DNA of 64,000 nucleotides from an uncultured Lachnospiraceae bacterium (GCA_964405555.1 CAYOOB010000003.1:24606-88605), one strand, 5' to 3'. Positions 29,329-38,635 are shown, counted from the first letter of the stretch. Notes: generated by a model not told the origin, from the sequence alone. Made by a program: numbers and translations.

Positions 29329-30636
29329 ATGGTTAAACCAATTGTTGCCATAGTGGGCAGAGCAAATGTTGGAAAATCAAGTTTTTTCAATAAAGTTTGC
29401 GGAAAAAGAATAAGTATTGTGGATGATGTTGCGGGGGTCACTCGTGACAGGCTTTATGCTGACACCACTTGGAGTGGAAAAGATTTCACTTTGGTGGATA
29501 CTGGTGGCATAGAGTTGGCAAGCGAGGATGTTTTTCAAAAGGAAATTATTGAGCAAGTGATGCTGGCAATCGAAAATGCTAATGTGATTGTCTTTATGGT
29601 TGACGGAAAAACTGGTGTAACTCAAAGTGATGAAGATGTTGCTAAACTTTTAAGAAAACAAAAAGTTCCAGTTGTGCTGGTTGTGAACAAGCTTGATAAC
29701 TTTGATGTTTCATCCACTTATGAGTTTTACACTCTTGGTTTGGGTGAGCCTATGCCAATTTCTTGCACTCAAAGCAAGGGTATTGGTGATGTGCTGGACA
29801 AGGTGGTGTCATATTTTCCTGAAAATGTGCAAACAGAAGAAGTTGCAGGAATTAAAATTAGTCTTGTGGGCAGACCAAATGTTGGCAAAAGTTCTTTAAT
29901 CAACCGCTTGCTTGGTAAGAAGCGTGTGGTTGTAAGCGATATTGAAGGCACAACAAGAGATAGCGTAATTATTCCTTTTAAGTGCAATAAGAAGATATAT
30001 AATTTAATCGACACTGCAGGGCTTAGGCGTCAGCGTGCAGTGGAAAAGCAGTCGGTGGAAGGTTATTCTGTTTTGCGAAGTATGTCGGCAATTGAAATGA
30101 GTGATGTTGTTTTAATTGTGCTTGATGCCACCAAGGAGGTTGCAGAACAGGATGTTAGAATTGCTGGCTATGTTCATGAGGCTGGAAAACCGAGTGTTGT
30201 GGTTGTTAACAAGTGGGATGAAAAGAGTACCACAAAAGAGAACTTCACAAAAATTTTAAAAGACAAACTTTCTTTTATGTCATATTTTAAAGTGTTGTTT
30301 GTTTCGGCACTGACAGGGCAAGGACTTTCGGAAATTATGAAAACGGTGGATGTTGTCTATGAGAACTCTTCAAGAAGAATATCAACCGGGCTTTTAAACG
30401 ACATTTTGCACGATGCAATTTTAAATTTTGAACCACCTGCAAAGAATGGCAAAAAGTGTAAGATTATGTTTGTGACACAGCCGTCCACAAACCCACCGAG
30501 ATTTGTCTTTTTCTGCAAAGACCCAACTTTAATCAATTTTTCTTATGAAAGATATTTGGAAAATCGACTGCGTGAGAAGGTAGATTTTTCGGGAACACCA
30601 ATAGAATTGGTGTTTAAAGGTAAGGAGGAAGAATGA
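29329..30636 (+). CDS. der: ribosome-associated GTPase Der (EngA)
   Basis: Two tandem G-domains (GRANVGKSSFFN..DTGG..NKLD and GRPNVGKSSLIN..DTAG..NKWD) plus a KH-like C-terminus. Confidence 0.95.
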   Translation: MVKPIVAIVGRANVGKSSFFNKVCGKRISIVDDVAGVTRDRLYADTTWSGKDFTLVDTGGIELASEDVFQKEIIEQVMLAIENANVIVFMVDGKTGVTQSDEDVAKLLRKQKVPVVLVVNKLDNFDVSSTYEFYTLGLGEPMPISCTQSKGIGDVLDKVVSYFPENVQTEEVAGIKISLVGRPNVGKSSLINRLLGKKRVVVSDIEGTTRDSVIIPFKCNKKIYNLIDTAGLRRQRAVEKQSVEGYSVLRSMSAIEMSDVVLIVLDATKEVAEQDVRIAGYVHEAGKPSVVVVNKWDEKSTTKENFTKILKDKLSFMSYFKVLFVSALTGQGLSEIMKTVDVVYENSSRRISTGLLNDILHDAILNFEPPAKNGKKCKIMFVTQPSTNPPRFVFFCKDPTLINFSYERYLENRLREKVDFSGTPIELVFKGKEEE

Positions 30637-31601
30637 CAGTTTATGTAGTTTATATATACTTGGCGGTTGCGTTGATTGTTGGTTATTTTATTGGTAACAT
30701 CAACTTTGCTCGCATATTCTCAAAGAAACTTTCAAATAAAGATATCACAAAGGTTGGTAGTAAAAACCCGGGCACGATGAATGTTCTGCGAACGCAGGGT
30801 TTTGCTAGGGCAATGCTAACACTGGTGTTTGAAGCAATTAAAGTTGGTGTGCCAGCATTGGTGTGTTATTTTCTCTTTGAGCAATTCTTCACAGGGTATG
30901 GACAAATTTCCTATTTTATTTCAAGTTTTGGTGGAATTTTGGGGCATTGTTTTCCTGTTTTCTATAAGTTTAAAGGTGGAAAAGGTGTTGCTTGCACATT
31001 TGGAATGTTTTTGTTTAATCCACAATTTTGGTGGCTGTCATTAATTATGTTTGTTGTTTGTTTTGTGCTGTTTTTGTTCTGCGAATATGGATATATTGTC
31101 AATTTGTTTTTCATATTGGTTATGTCGGTGTACGCAACTTCCTATTTGGTTTTAGAACAATTATTGTGGTGGATAATTATCATTATTATTATTTGGTTGA
31201 ACTTCATTATGATTGTAATCTTGCATAGAGGAAATATAAAACGCACCATACAAGGAACTGAAAATAAGGTAAATCTTCGAGAAAAAATATTTCATAAAAA
31301 GAGATTTTCTTCTGAGGAAGTAAAAGAGGAAAAATCTGAAAATAGCGATAATAATTTGGATGTTATTGAAGTTGAAGGAAAAGAAGTTGAAGAGGATAAA
31401 TCGCAAGTAGAAAAAGAGGGTGTTGAACACAAAAGAAATATTAAAGGTGATAAAAATGACTCCAACCAAGTTGAAATGGGAGTTGATAAGGATGTGAATG
31501 CAACAAATAAGAAAGGTGGTAGGAAAAACTTAAAAGAAGCAAAAGAGCAAACTGAACAGAAGAAAAACGGAGAGGGGGATGACTCGTCGGCAGTTTCTTG
31601 A
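30633..31601 (+). CDS. plsY: glycerol-3-phosphate acyltransferase PlsY with ~110-aa charged C-terminal extension
   Basis: GSKNPGTMNVLRTQG, HCFPVFYKFKGGKGVA and conserved der-plsY synteny. AAGGAGG RBS. The ATG overlaps the der stop. Confidence 0.85.
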   Translation: MTVYVVYIYLAVALIVGYFIGNINFARIFSKKLSNKDITKVGSKNPGTMNVLRTQGFARAMLTLVFEAIKVGVPALVCYFLFEQFFTGYGQISYFISSFGGILGHCFPVFYKFKGGKGVACTFGMFLFNPQFWWLSLIMFVVCFVLFLFCEYGYIVNLFFILVMSVYATSYLVLEQLLWWIIIIIIIWLNFIMIVILHRGNIKRTIQGTENKVNLREKIFHKKRFSSEEVKEEKSENSDNNLDVIEVEGKEVEEDKSQVEKEGVEHKRNIKGDKNDSNQVEMGVDKDVNATNKKGGRKNLKEAKEQTEQKKNGEGDDSSAVS

Positions 31602-31935
31602 TTACATTGAACAGGAGTATGGTGTTTTGCCAGACTATCATTTCAAAGAAGATTTTGATAGTGCAGTGTTTCGTCATAAAGATAACAGAAAATGGTTTGG
31701 ACTTGTGATGCAAGTGTCAAAATATAAACTTGTTGGTAACGAAAAACGGCTTGTGGATGTTCTAAACTTGAAGTGTGAACCATTGCTTAGGCAACCGCTC
31801 ATGCAAAATCGTGGTATTTATGAATGTTACCAGATGAATAAAGTCCATTGGATATCTGTCATTTTGGAAGAAGTTGAATTGGATGAAATTACATCTCTTG
31901 TGGAAATGAGTTTTGATTTAACAAAACACCGCTAA
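31579..31935 (+). CDS. MmcQ/YjbR family DNA-binding protein
   Basis: YIEQEYGVLPDYHFKEDFDSAVFRHKDNRKWFGLVM...VDVLNLKCEP matches the YjbR family pattern. GGAGAGGGGG RBS. It overlaps the plsY 3' end by 23 nt. Confidence 0.7.
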   Translation: MTRRQFLDYIEQEYGVLPDYHFKEDFDSAVFRHKDNRKWFGLVMQVSKYKLVGNEKRLVDVLNLKCEPLLRQPLMQNRGIYECYQMNKVHWISVILEEVELDEITSLVEMSFDLTKHR

Positions 31936-31957
31936 ATTAATAGTGGTGTTTTTTTGT
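31925..31957 (+). terminator. terminator after yjbR-like gene
   Basis: acaccgct / agtggtgt stem (one G-U pair), followed by T7. Confidence 0.6.
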
Positions 31958-32050
31958 TTTTTATGGGATTGAAGTAACAAGTGAGAGTGTTATAGGAAGC
32001 ATTTTTGCAGGTGTTATTGTTTTTATCTTTATATTATGTATTATATTTAT

Positions 32051-32453
32051 GTTCTGTATAACAACAATTTCGTTGACATATCACTTGAAAACTCGTATAA
32101 TGATGATAACTACCAAGAAATGGTAGAACTTGCAACCCTTAATCCATTCCGCTATCGCTCATATTACTACGATAATGAAACAGGTTTGTATTATCTTAAT
32201 TCAAGATACTATAGGGAATTATTGGAGAGACTTAACAATAAATAGCTTAGTTGCAGGCTTACTGTCGACTATTGGGTGGTATTTTGGTAATGCATCGGAA
32301 ATTTTGAAAAATCTTAACTTTAAAAGTTTATTTGCAGCAACTGCAGTTTGGTCAGAATTTATATTTTCCTATCTGACGGATTCAATAAGTACTTTGTTGG
32401 ACTATCTAGGAAAAATTTTTAGAAATTCATTATTTGGAGGCATGAAGTTTTAA
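32051..32453 (+). pseudogene. degenerate orphan Rhs/YD-repeat C-terminal toxin cassette 1 (core tip, then out-of-frame toxin tail)
   Basis: 32051-32212 is a 162-bp homologue of 33028-33189 and encodes ..ELATLNPFRYRSYYYDNETGLYYLNSRYY. Homology stops before the expected DPxxGRF. The frame then terminates, and the remaining ~75 codons continue in another frame (track ORF 32130-32453). Confidence 0.65.
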
Positions 32454-32920
32454 TGATGAAAACAAAATTTTGGAATCATAGACTGGAATTGTTTTTAGGT
32501 GGGACAATAGCCACCTTATTGTCCATAAGCATTTTTATAGTTGGCATAATTCTTACTATAATTAATAAAATTTATTTTCCTTTAATAATCATTGGCATAC
32601 TTATGATAATTATAATAATTTATTCCTATTTTATTGATAAAAGAATGTTGTCAAACGTTATTTTCTCTGATAATGGAATAGAATGTAGATGGCTAAAAAA
32701 GAAAGTTGACTTTGTTAAATGGGAAGAAATAACAGATGTAAAGGCTGTTCCTCACGGAATTGCAATACACAATTTATCTTTTATTGTTGGAAACAAGCAT
32801 ATAAATGTTGGATTATCAAAAAAAATGTATAATACTATAATGCTTATATGTCCTGAAACTAATCTCAAACTTCAAATAAAAAATTTAAAAGAGTTTAAAC
32901 ATCTTCATAAAAATGACTAA
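32453..32920 (+). CDS. putative immunity protein 1 (2-TM N-terminus + small soluble domain)
   Basis: Its ATG overlaps the stop of the toxin-tail frame (TAATG). Architecture and position are those of Rhs/CDI immunity genes. No motif-based identification. Confidence 0.5.
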   Translation: MMKTKFWNHRLELFLGGTIATLLSISIFIVGIILTIINKIYFPLIIIGILMIIIIIYSYFIDKRMLSNVIFSDNGIECRWLKKKVDFVKWEEITDVKAVPHGIAIHNLSFIVGNKHINVGLSKKMYNTIMLICPETNLKLQIKNLKEFKHLHKND

Positions 32921-32923
32921 AAC

Positions 32924-32963
32924 AAAGAGTCTTTTAGTGCACAATACTAAGAGACTCTTTTTA
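32924..32963 (+). terminator. terminator between cassette 1 and cassette 2
   Basis: Perfect 9-bp stem aaagagtct (32924-32932) / agactcttt (32952-32960), followed by a T-run. Confidence 0.6.
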
Positions 32964-33099
32964 TCATCAAATCAGAACACAACTTGTAAAATACATTTAT
33001 GACGCTTGGGGAAATTGCCGAACTTTTGTTCTGTATAATAACAATTTTGTTGACATATCACTTGAAAATGATTATAATGAAGATAACTACCAAGAAAGG

Positions 33100-33912
33100 G
33101 TGGAACTTGCAACATTTAATCCATTCCGCTATCGTTCATATTACTACGATGAAGAAACAAACCTCTACTACTTGAATAGTAGATACTACGACCCAGAGAT
33201 TGGAAGGTTTATCAATGCTGATGACATTACCACATTAGACATCACTCAAATTGCAATAAATGGACTTAATCTCTACGCATACTGCTTAAATAATCCAGTC
33301 AACGAAACTGACGAAGGTGGATATTTCTTAAGTTGGTTACTTGCTTTGCTTATCACTGCGGCTGTTTTTGCAGTTGCTAATACTGCTGTTCAACTAGTTA
33401 CAGATGTAGTAAATTATGCAATTACTGGCAGTTGGGATTCTGGTTGGGAAGATTATGTCGGTGCATTTATTGGTGGCTTCGCAGGGGGTATTACATTCTT
33501 TATATCAGGTTATAATTTAGGATTGGCTTTCGGAGTAATGTCTGGAATTGAAACTTTTTCAACTTCATTGTTAACAAATGCTACCGGAAAAACTAATTCT
33601 TCTTTTGGTTATATTCTTGCAGAATCTTTAGGTTCTTTTGCAATTAGTAGTATTTTGGGAGCATTATTTGGAGGAACTAAAATAGCAGGGATAACAATTG
33701 GAAAAAATAGTGCATTTGCTGTTTTTAAATCAGGGCTAACAAAATTAATAAATGGCACTGCATCAAAAATGTCTTTAAAAGTTATTTCTAAAGGGTTACT
33801 TTCTGTTCTGACATTAAAGTCTTCTGGAACACTATTATCGGGAGCTCTCAGCGGTATTTATGATTGGTTTAAATATCTAATAGGTAACAAATCTGGAGTT
33901 GGTTATGTCTAA
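33100..33912 (+). CDS. orphan Rhs/YD-repeat C-terminal fragment: core tip + glycine-rich hydrophobic toxin domain
   Basis: NPFRYRSYYYDEETNLYYLNSRYYDPEIGRFINADD...NLYAYCLNNPVNETDEGG is the end of the RHS repeat-associated core. The frame is open from 32938 and encodes KYIYDAWGN (a YD repeat), but it has no ATG. The only start is the GTG at 33100, with no obvious RBS. The following ~190 aa are G/A/S-rich hydrophobic segments. Confidence 0.7.
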   Translation: MELATFNPFRYRSYYYDEETNLYYLNSRYYDPEIGRFINADDITTLDITQIAINGLNLYAYCLNNPVNETDEGGYFLSWLLALLITAAVFAVANTAVQLVTDVVNYAITGSWDSGWEDYVGAFIGGFAGGITFFISGYNLGLAFGVMSGIETFSTSLLTNATGKTNSSFGYILAESLGSFAISSILGALFGGTKIAGITIGKNSAFAVFKSGLTKLINGTASKMSLKVISKGLLSVLTLKSSGTLLSGALSGIYDWFKYLIGNKSGVGYV

Positions 33913-34405
33913 AAATAAAGATAATACAATATTAACAATTAGAGCAAAAGGTATAGGTTTTATAATTTTATTTTGTATCTGTTCACTTTTTATAGTTGCA
34001 GCACTTTATCTAATTGTATGTTTCTTTATTCCCTCTGTAACTGATGTGTATCACAATTATATATATTTAATTATATCGGTTATAGCCTTAGCAATTGCCT
34101 CTCTTGAATTAGTTGAAATATTTAGAAAAGGACAGGTAAAATTTATAGAAAATAAATTTGTTTGTAGAGGACAAAATCAAAGAGTCTTTCCTGCAATAGA
34201 ACAAGATTGCAAAGATTTTGTAAGTTATAAATTAACATCAAAATATACTACCCAATGCCTTGAATTTACATTTACTGACGGCAAAAAAGTTTTATTCCAC
34301 ACACCTCAATTTGGGAAAAAACAAGTCATCCAAATCTTAAATGAAATAAAAAAACGTGGTGGTTTTCCAGAACAAGAAGTTAAAATAGAACATTATTATA
34401 TATAA
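33905..34405 (+). CDS. putative immunity protein 2 (2-TM N-terminus + small soluble domain)
   Basis: Its ATG overlaps the toxin stop by 8 nt. Same architecture as 32453-32920 but a different sequence. Confidence 0.5.
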   Translation: MSKNKDNTILTIRAKGIGFIILFCICSLFIVAALYLIVCFFIPSVTDVYHNYIYLIISVIALAIASLELVEIFRKGQVKFIENKFVCRGQNQRVFPAIEQDCKDFVSYKLTSKYTTQCLEFTFTDGKKVLFHTPQFGKKQVIQILNEIKKRGGFPEQEVKIEHYYI

Positions 34406-34406
34406 A

Positions 34407-34432
34407 AGAGAGGTTCCTATCCTCTCTTTTTT
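34407..34432 (+). terminator. terminator after cassette 2
   Basis: agagagg (34407-34413) / cctctct (34421-34427), followed by T6. Confidence 0.65.
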
Positions 34433-34598
34433 ATTCATATCATAAATTTTTTGCTTTTAATACTATTGAACTTATTACTAAATAATTTTCTTTAATATAT
34501 TTAACATCGATTTTATTGTATATATTTTTTTAATTGTTATGTTATATGTTGATATTTTATGTTATATTAAAAAGTCTTTGATAAACTTTTTCATATTT

Positions 34599-34805
34599 TT
34601 AATCTTCCAAACCGAGTAAATAGTCGGCACTAACTTTAAAATATTTTGCAAGAATTATTAGGTTGTCGCTTGTTATGTCGGCTTGTCCGTTTTCCCAACG
34701 ACAAAGTTCAGAACGAGAAAGTCCTGTTACCTTACTTAATTCAACAAAAGACAGGTTTTGCTCTTTTCTTAATTCTTTTAATCTGTCAGCAAAAATTCGT
34801 TTCAT
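34599..34805 (-). CDS. XRE-family HTH transcriptional regulator
   Basis: RLKELRKEQNLSFVELSKVTGLSRSELCRWENGQADITSDNLIILAKYFKVSADYLLGL is a classic HTH_3 domain. The start is either 34805 (MKRIFADRL) or 34847. Confidence 0.8.
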   Translation of the reverse strand: MKRIFADRLKELRKEQNLSFVELSKVTGLSRSELCRWENGQADITSDNLIILAKYFKVSADYLLGLED

Positions 34806-34905
34806 ATAAAAAATTTTATCATAATAAATGTTTAAATAGTTTGACATCTCATATATGAGATGATATTATATATTAACCATAATTAAATTTTATGCGAGGT
34901 GAACA

Positions 34906-35152
34906 ATGAATAAAAAATACCAAAGTTTTTGAAACTATTTTACAGGCATTTGATGAGAGGGAAGTGTTTGAACCTATTGTGATAGGTGATGATGTTGAAG
35001 AGAAAATAAACAAGTTGAAAGTACAGATGTCAGAAAGTGTGTTGGAAGAATTTGATGAATTATTGAGTGAAATTTTTGAACTCTATCGCAAAGAAGAAAT
35101 TGAATTAATTGATTTTGTAATAAATTTTGTTTCCGTCTTATATAGGGGATAG
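34906..35152 (+). pseudogene. small acidic ORF divergent from the XRE gene, split by a frameshift in an A6 run
   Basis: GAGGTG RBS plus the ATG at 34906 opens a frame that stops after 8 codons. Removing one A from the A6 run (34912-34917) joins it to the 34964-35152 frame, giving about 81 aa. Confidence 0.3.
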
Positions 35153-35204
35153 TTCTATTTATTCTTTGGAAGTCATAAAATATGGTATCCTTAGGAGGTT
35201 TTAA

Positions 35205-36683
35205 ATGGAAAAATATCAAGTATATGAGGATATCAAAACTCGCACCAACGGCGATATTTATGTGGGTGTTGTTGGTCCTGTTAGGGTTGGAAAGTCGACA
35301 TTTATTTCGGAATTTATGAAAAAACTCGTCATTCCAAATATTGAAAACAAGAATGTTCAACAGCGTGCCGTGGACGAACTTCCTCAAAGTGCAGACGGAA
35401 AAACTATCATGACAACTCAACCTCGTTTTGTGCCGTCGGAGGCGGTGAAAATTTCTGTGGCAGACAAGATTAATTTGAAAGTACGTATGATTGACTGTGT
35501 GGGCTATCTTGTGAGCGGAGCCATGGGTGTTACTGAAAACGACAAGCCAAGATTAGTAAAAACACCTTGGTCGGAAGAGGAATTACCTTTTGAAGTGGCG
35601 GCAGAACTTGGCACTAAAAAGGTTATTGAGGAACATTCCACATTTGGAATTGTTATGACAACCGATGGCAGTGTGACCGACATTGAAAGAGCAAACTATA
35701 TTTCCGCAGAAGAGCGTGTTATTGCCGAAATGAAAGCGTGTGAAAAACCTTTTGTTGTGGTGCTTAACTGTAAGAATCCAACTTCTGTGGAGAGTAAGAG
35801 GCTGGCTCAAAATTTAAGTGAGAAATATAAAGCTCAAGTGATTGCTATGAATGTTGCCGAAATGAAAGAAGGCGATATTGATAAAATTTTTGAAAAAGTG
35901 CTTTTGGAATTTCCTGTGAAAAGTATCAAGGTTTCCATGCCAAAATGGATTCAAGCATTGCCATTTTCTAATCCAATCATTTGCGAAATTGTGGAAGAAG
36001 TTAAAAGGTTTGCGAATAATATACGTAAAATTGGCGATGCCAACAAGGACGCAGTGGTGTTTACTGAAAGCGAAAGTTTTGACCCAATCACATTCTCCAA
36101 CATTGAAATGGGTGATGGGGTGATTAAATTTAATGTTATACCAAAAGAGAATTTATTTTATCATGTTCTTTCTGAGGAGTGTGGTTTTGCTATAAATGAT
36201 GATTACGAACTTGTTTCATATATCAAAAATTTGGCGATTGCAAAGGTGGAATATGACAAACTGAAAGATGCTCTTGACGAAGTGGAACAAAACGGCTATG
36301 GCATCGTGGTGCCAAGGCAAGAAGAATACACACTTCAACAACCAGAGGTGTTCAAACAGGGTGGAAAGTTTGGAGTGAAAATTAAAGCGTCAGCACCAAG
36401 TTTGCACATAATTAAGGTGGACGTGGAAACAGAGGTTACTCCACTTGTTGGAAGTGAAGCACAAAGTCAAGATTTGGTGGAATATCTATCCGGACAATTT
36501 GAAAATAACCCAGAGGGTATTTGGGAAACGAACCTTTTGGGTAAGAGTTTGTTCTCGTTGGTGGACGGCAATATTGGGTCTAAAATTGTTTCAATGCCAG
36601 CCGATGCACAAAGGAAGATGAGAAAAACATTAGGAAGAATTATCAATGAGGGTAAGGGCGGGGTTTTGTGTATTTTGTTATGA
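35205..36683 (+). CDS. spoIVA: stage IV sporulation protein A (spore coat morphogenetic ATPase)
   Basis: MEKYQVYEDIKTRTNGDIYVGVVGPVRVGKSTFI (Walker A) is near-identical to the conserved SpoIVA N-terminus. 492 aa. Confidence 0.95.
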   Translation: MEKYQVYEDIKTRTNGDIYVGVVGPVRVGKSTFISEFMKKLVIPNIENKNVQQRAVDELPQSADGKTIMTTQPRFVPSEAVKISVADKINLKVRMIDCVGYLVSGAMGVTENDKPRLVKTPWSEEELPFEVAAELGTKKVIEEHSTFGIVMTTDGSVTDIERANYISAEERVIAEMKACEKPFVVVLNCKNPTSVESKRLAQNLSEKYKAQVIAMNVAEMKEGDIDKIFEKVLLEFPVKSIKVSMPKWIQALPFSNPIICEIVEEVKRFANNIRKIGDANKDAVVFTESESFDPITFSNIEMGDGVIKFNVIPKENLFYHVLSEECGFAINDDYELVSYIKNLAIAKVEYDKLKDALDEVEQNGYGIVVPRQEEYTLQQPEVFKQGGKFGVKIKASAPSLHIIKVDVETEVTPLVGSEAQSQDLVEYLSGQFENNPEGIWETNLLGKSLFSLVDGNIGSKIVSMPADAQRKMRKTLGRIINEGKGGVLCILL

Positions 36684-36704
36684 TAATTTCACATAATAAT
36701 AAAT

Positions 36705-36802
36705 AGAAGAATAAAACCAGAAGAATAAAATCAGAAAAATAAAATCAGAAGAATAAAATCAGAAGAATAAAATCAGAAAAATAAAATCAGAAAAATAAAA
36801 AC
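36705..36802. repeat. 14-bp minisatellite, 7 copies (aga[ag]gaataaaa[cta]c)
   Basis: Read directly. Units occur every 14 nt from 36705, starting 22 nt after the spoIVA stop. Confidence 0.95.
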
Positions 36803-37118
36803 AGAGAAAAAAAACTACTAATTTTATAAAATTAACCGAATTATAAAAACTAAAAATGCTCACAAAAAAAATACTCATAAAGACAAAAAATAGTAAAAAA
36901 TATACTAAAAAAATAGTAAAAAAGTAATAAAAATTAAAAAAAATAGTAAATTTTGAAAAAAAACTAAACAAAAAGTGAAAAGATGAGCAAGATAAAAATA
37001 AATAGAGTAGTTAATTAATTGAAAAATTTTAAAAAATTTGATAAAACTTCAATTAAATATTTGACCCTGTTCTGTGCAATTTGGTATAATTATAGAAGAT
37101 TAACAAAAGGAGGAATTT

Positions 37119-37643
37119 ATGGCTAAAAATAAATCAAAAGACACTGGGTCAATAATATGGCCTGTGGCAACATTACTTTTGGGAGGATTGATTTTAGGTC
37201 TTCTTGCATTACCATTTATGAGTATTGAAATTTTGGGTAGTTCCACAAGTGTAAGCGGTTGGGAATTCATAGATTTCAGTGATGGTGCACCAACAGGATG
37301 TGCGGTTGTGCTTTTGCTTCTTGTGATTTTCGCTTGCCTCATGATGCTGTTATCAGTTGTTAAATTGTTGAATTGCATGGGAATAATCAAAGATTCAAAA
37401 TTTATCAATTTCTTGCTCGTGATTTGCGGACTTGCAGTTGCTGTTTTGGCAATAGTGAACATTTTCACAATCTCGTCTTATGCTTCGGGAGATTCTCTCA
37501 ACACTGGCTGGGGTGCTTTAGACGATGTAATAAGTTCTTTGATTGGCTCTGTTGTTAGTATAGGCTGGACTGGACTGATAATCAATGGTGTTGTTGGCGT
37601 TCTTGCTTTCATTTCAAGTGCTTTGGCAATTAAAGAGAAATAA
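37119..37643 (+). CDS. membrane protein (4-5 TM); function unknown
   Basis: AAAGGAGG RBS and a hydrophobic 174-aa ORF. Confidence 0.55.
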   Translation: MAKNKSKDTGSIIWPVATLLLGGLILGLLALPFMSIEILGSSTSVSGWEFIDFSDGAPTGCAVVLLLLVIFACLMMLLSVVKLLNCMGIIKDSKFINFLLVICGLAVAVLAIVNIFTISSYASGDSLNTGWGALDDVISSLIGSVVSIGWTGLIINGVVGVLAFISSALAIKEK

Positions 37644-37969
37644 TTAATAAATCAAAAAATATAATTCAAAAGTTTTTTATGTATAAATCAATTAGTAAAA
37701 AGGTGCTTTGCAATTATAGTAAAGTTCCTTTTTTTTACTTCCAAAATTATTAATAAATTATATGGTTTATTAACATCGATTATTTTTATAATTTTCGACA
37801 TATTTCATCTTTTAAATTAAGTATTTGTTTTGTGTTAAATATTTTGTTGTAATTTTATTTGCATGAATTTTTTTGTTGTGTTATCATATAAATATTGTTG
37901 AGAGTGCTTATTGTGCAACAAGGTTGTACTGATTTACATGGTGGCACGATCGTTATAAAGGAGATATAA

Positions 37970-38635
37970 ATGAATAAAAGTGTGCTTTGGTCTTCAATAG
38001 GCTTCACAATTTTGGGTGTTGTAAATTTGGTTTTGTGTGTTATTCTTGCCTCTTTGGGTGTTGTTGAAGTGCGTAGTATGGGGTATCTTTTTGCTATAAT
38101 TCAACTTGTGGTAACATGGCTTCCTGTCATTTTGAATAAATATTTTCATGTTGAGTTTGACTTAATTTTCTTAATAAGTTTTCATCTCTTTATTTTTTGT
38201 GGAATTTGCATAGGTTCGCAATGGGGAGTTTATCAAATGAATTCTTGGTATGATAAGGTGGTTCATACTGTGGGCGGATTTATATTGGCATTTCTTGGCT
38301 ACACTGTATATGCCAACACTAAAAATCAAAAACTTAATCTTTTTTGGGTGTTTGTTTTGGTTTTCTCTTTCTCGATGATGTGCGGTGGCGTGTGGGAAAT
38401 TTTAGAATATCTCACTGATGGTTTATTTAGCAACAATGCACAGAATTGGGCAGATTTCAGTGGTAATGCTCTTATTGGAAGGGAGGCTCTTGCTGACACT
38501 ATGTTAGATTTGATTTGTGATTTTGTTGGTTCTATTGTCTGCGGGATTGTGGCAGTGTTCTTGGAAAAGAAAAAGTCTAAAGAAGAAAATTTAAAAAATA
38601 GTGGTGTAATTGAAAAAAAAGAAACCGAAAAATAA
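37970..38635 (+). CDS. membrane protein (about 6 TM); function unknown
   Basis: AAAGGAG RBS and a 221-aa hydrophobic ORF with a Lys/Glu tail. Confidence 0.55.
   Translation: MNKSVLWSSIGFTILGVVNLVLCVILASLGVVEVRSMGYLFAIIQLVVTWLPVILNKYFHVEFDLIFLISFHLFIFCGICIGSQWGVYQMNSWYDKVVHTVGGFILAFLGYTVYANTKNQKLNLFWVFVLVFSFSMMCGGVWEILEYLTDGLFSNNAQNWADFSGNALIGREALADTMLDLICDFVGSIVCGIVAVFLEKKKSKEENLKNSGVIEKKETEK

Noticed and set aside
32036-32245. Track ORF 32036-32245 as an intact small gene
   Set aside because: Its ATG lies in A/T-rich filler. The conserved part is a fragment of the Rhs core tip that ends prematurely, so I annotated it as part of a degenerate cassette.
35174-35181. CATAAAAT as a sigma-E -10 element for spoIVA
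   Set aside because: The -10-like element is plausible, but the expected -35 (kmATAww) is poorly matched at the correct spacing. It is too weak to list as a feature.
36759-36971. 70-aa minus-strand ORF MFSFFSKFTIFFNFYYFF...
   Set aside because: It is a translation of an A-rich low-complexity spacer (poly-Phe/Ile from the T-rich complement), not a gene.
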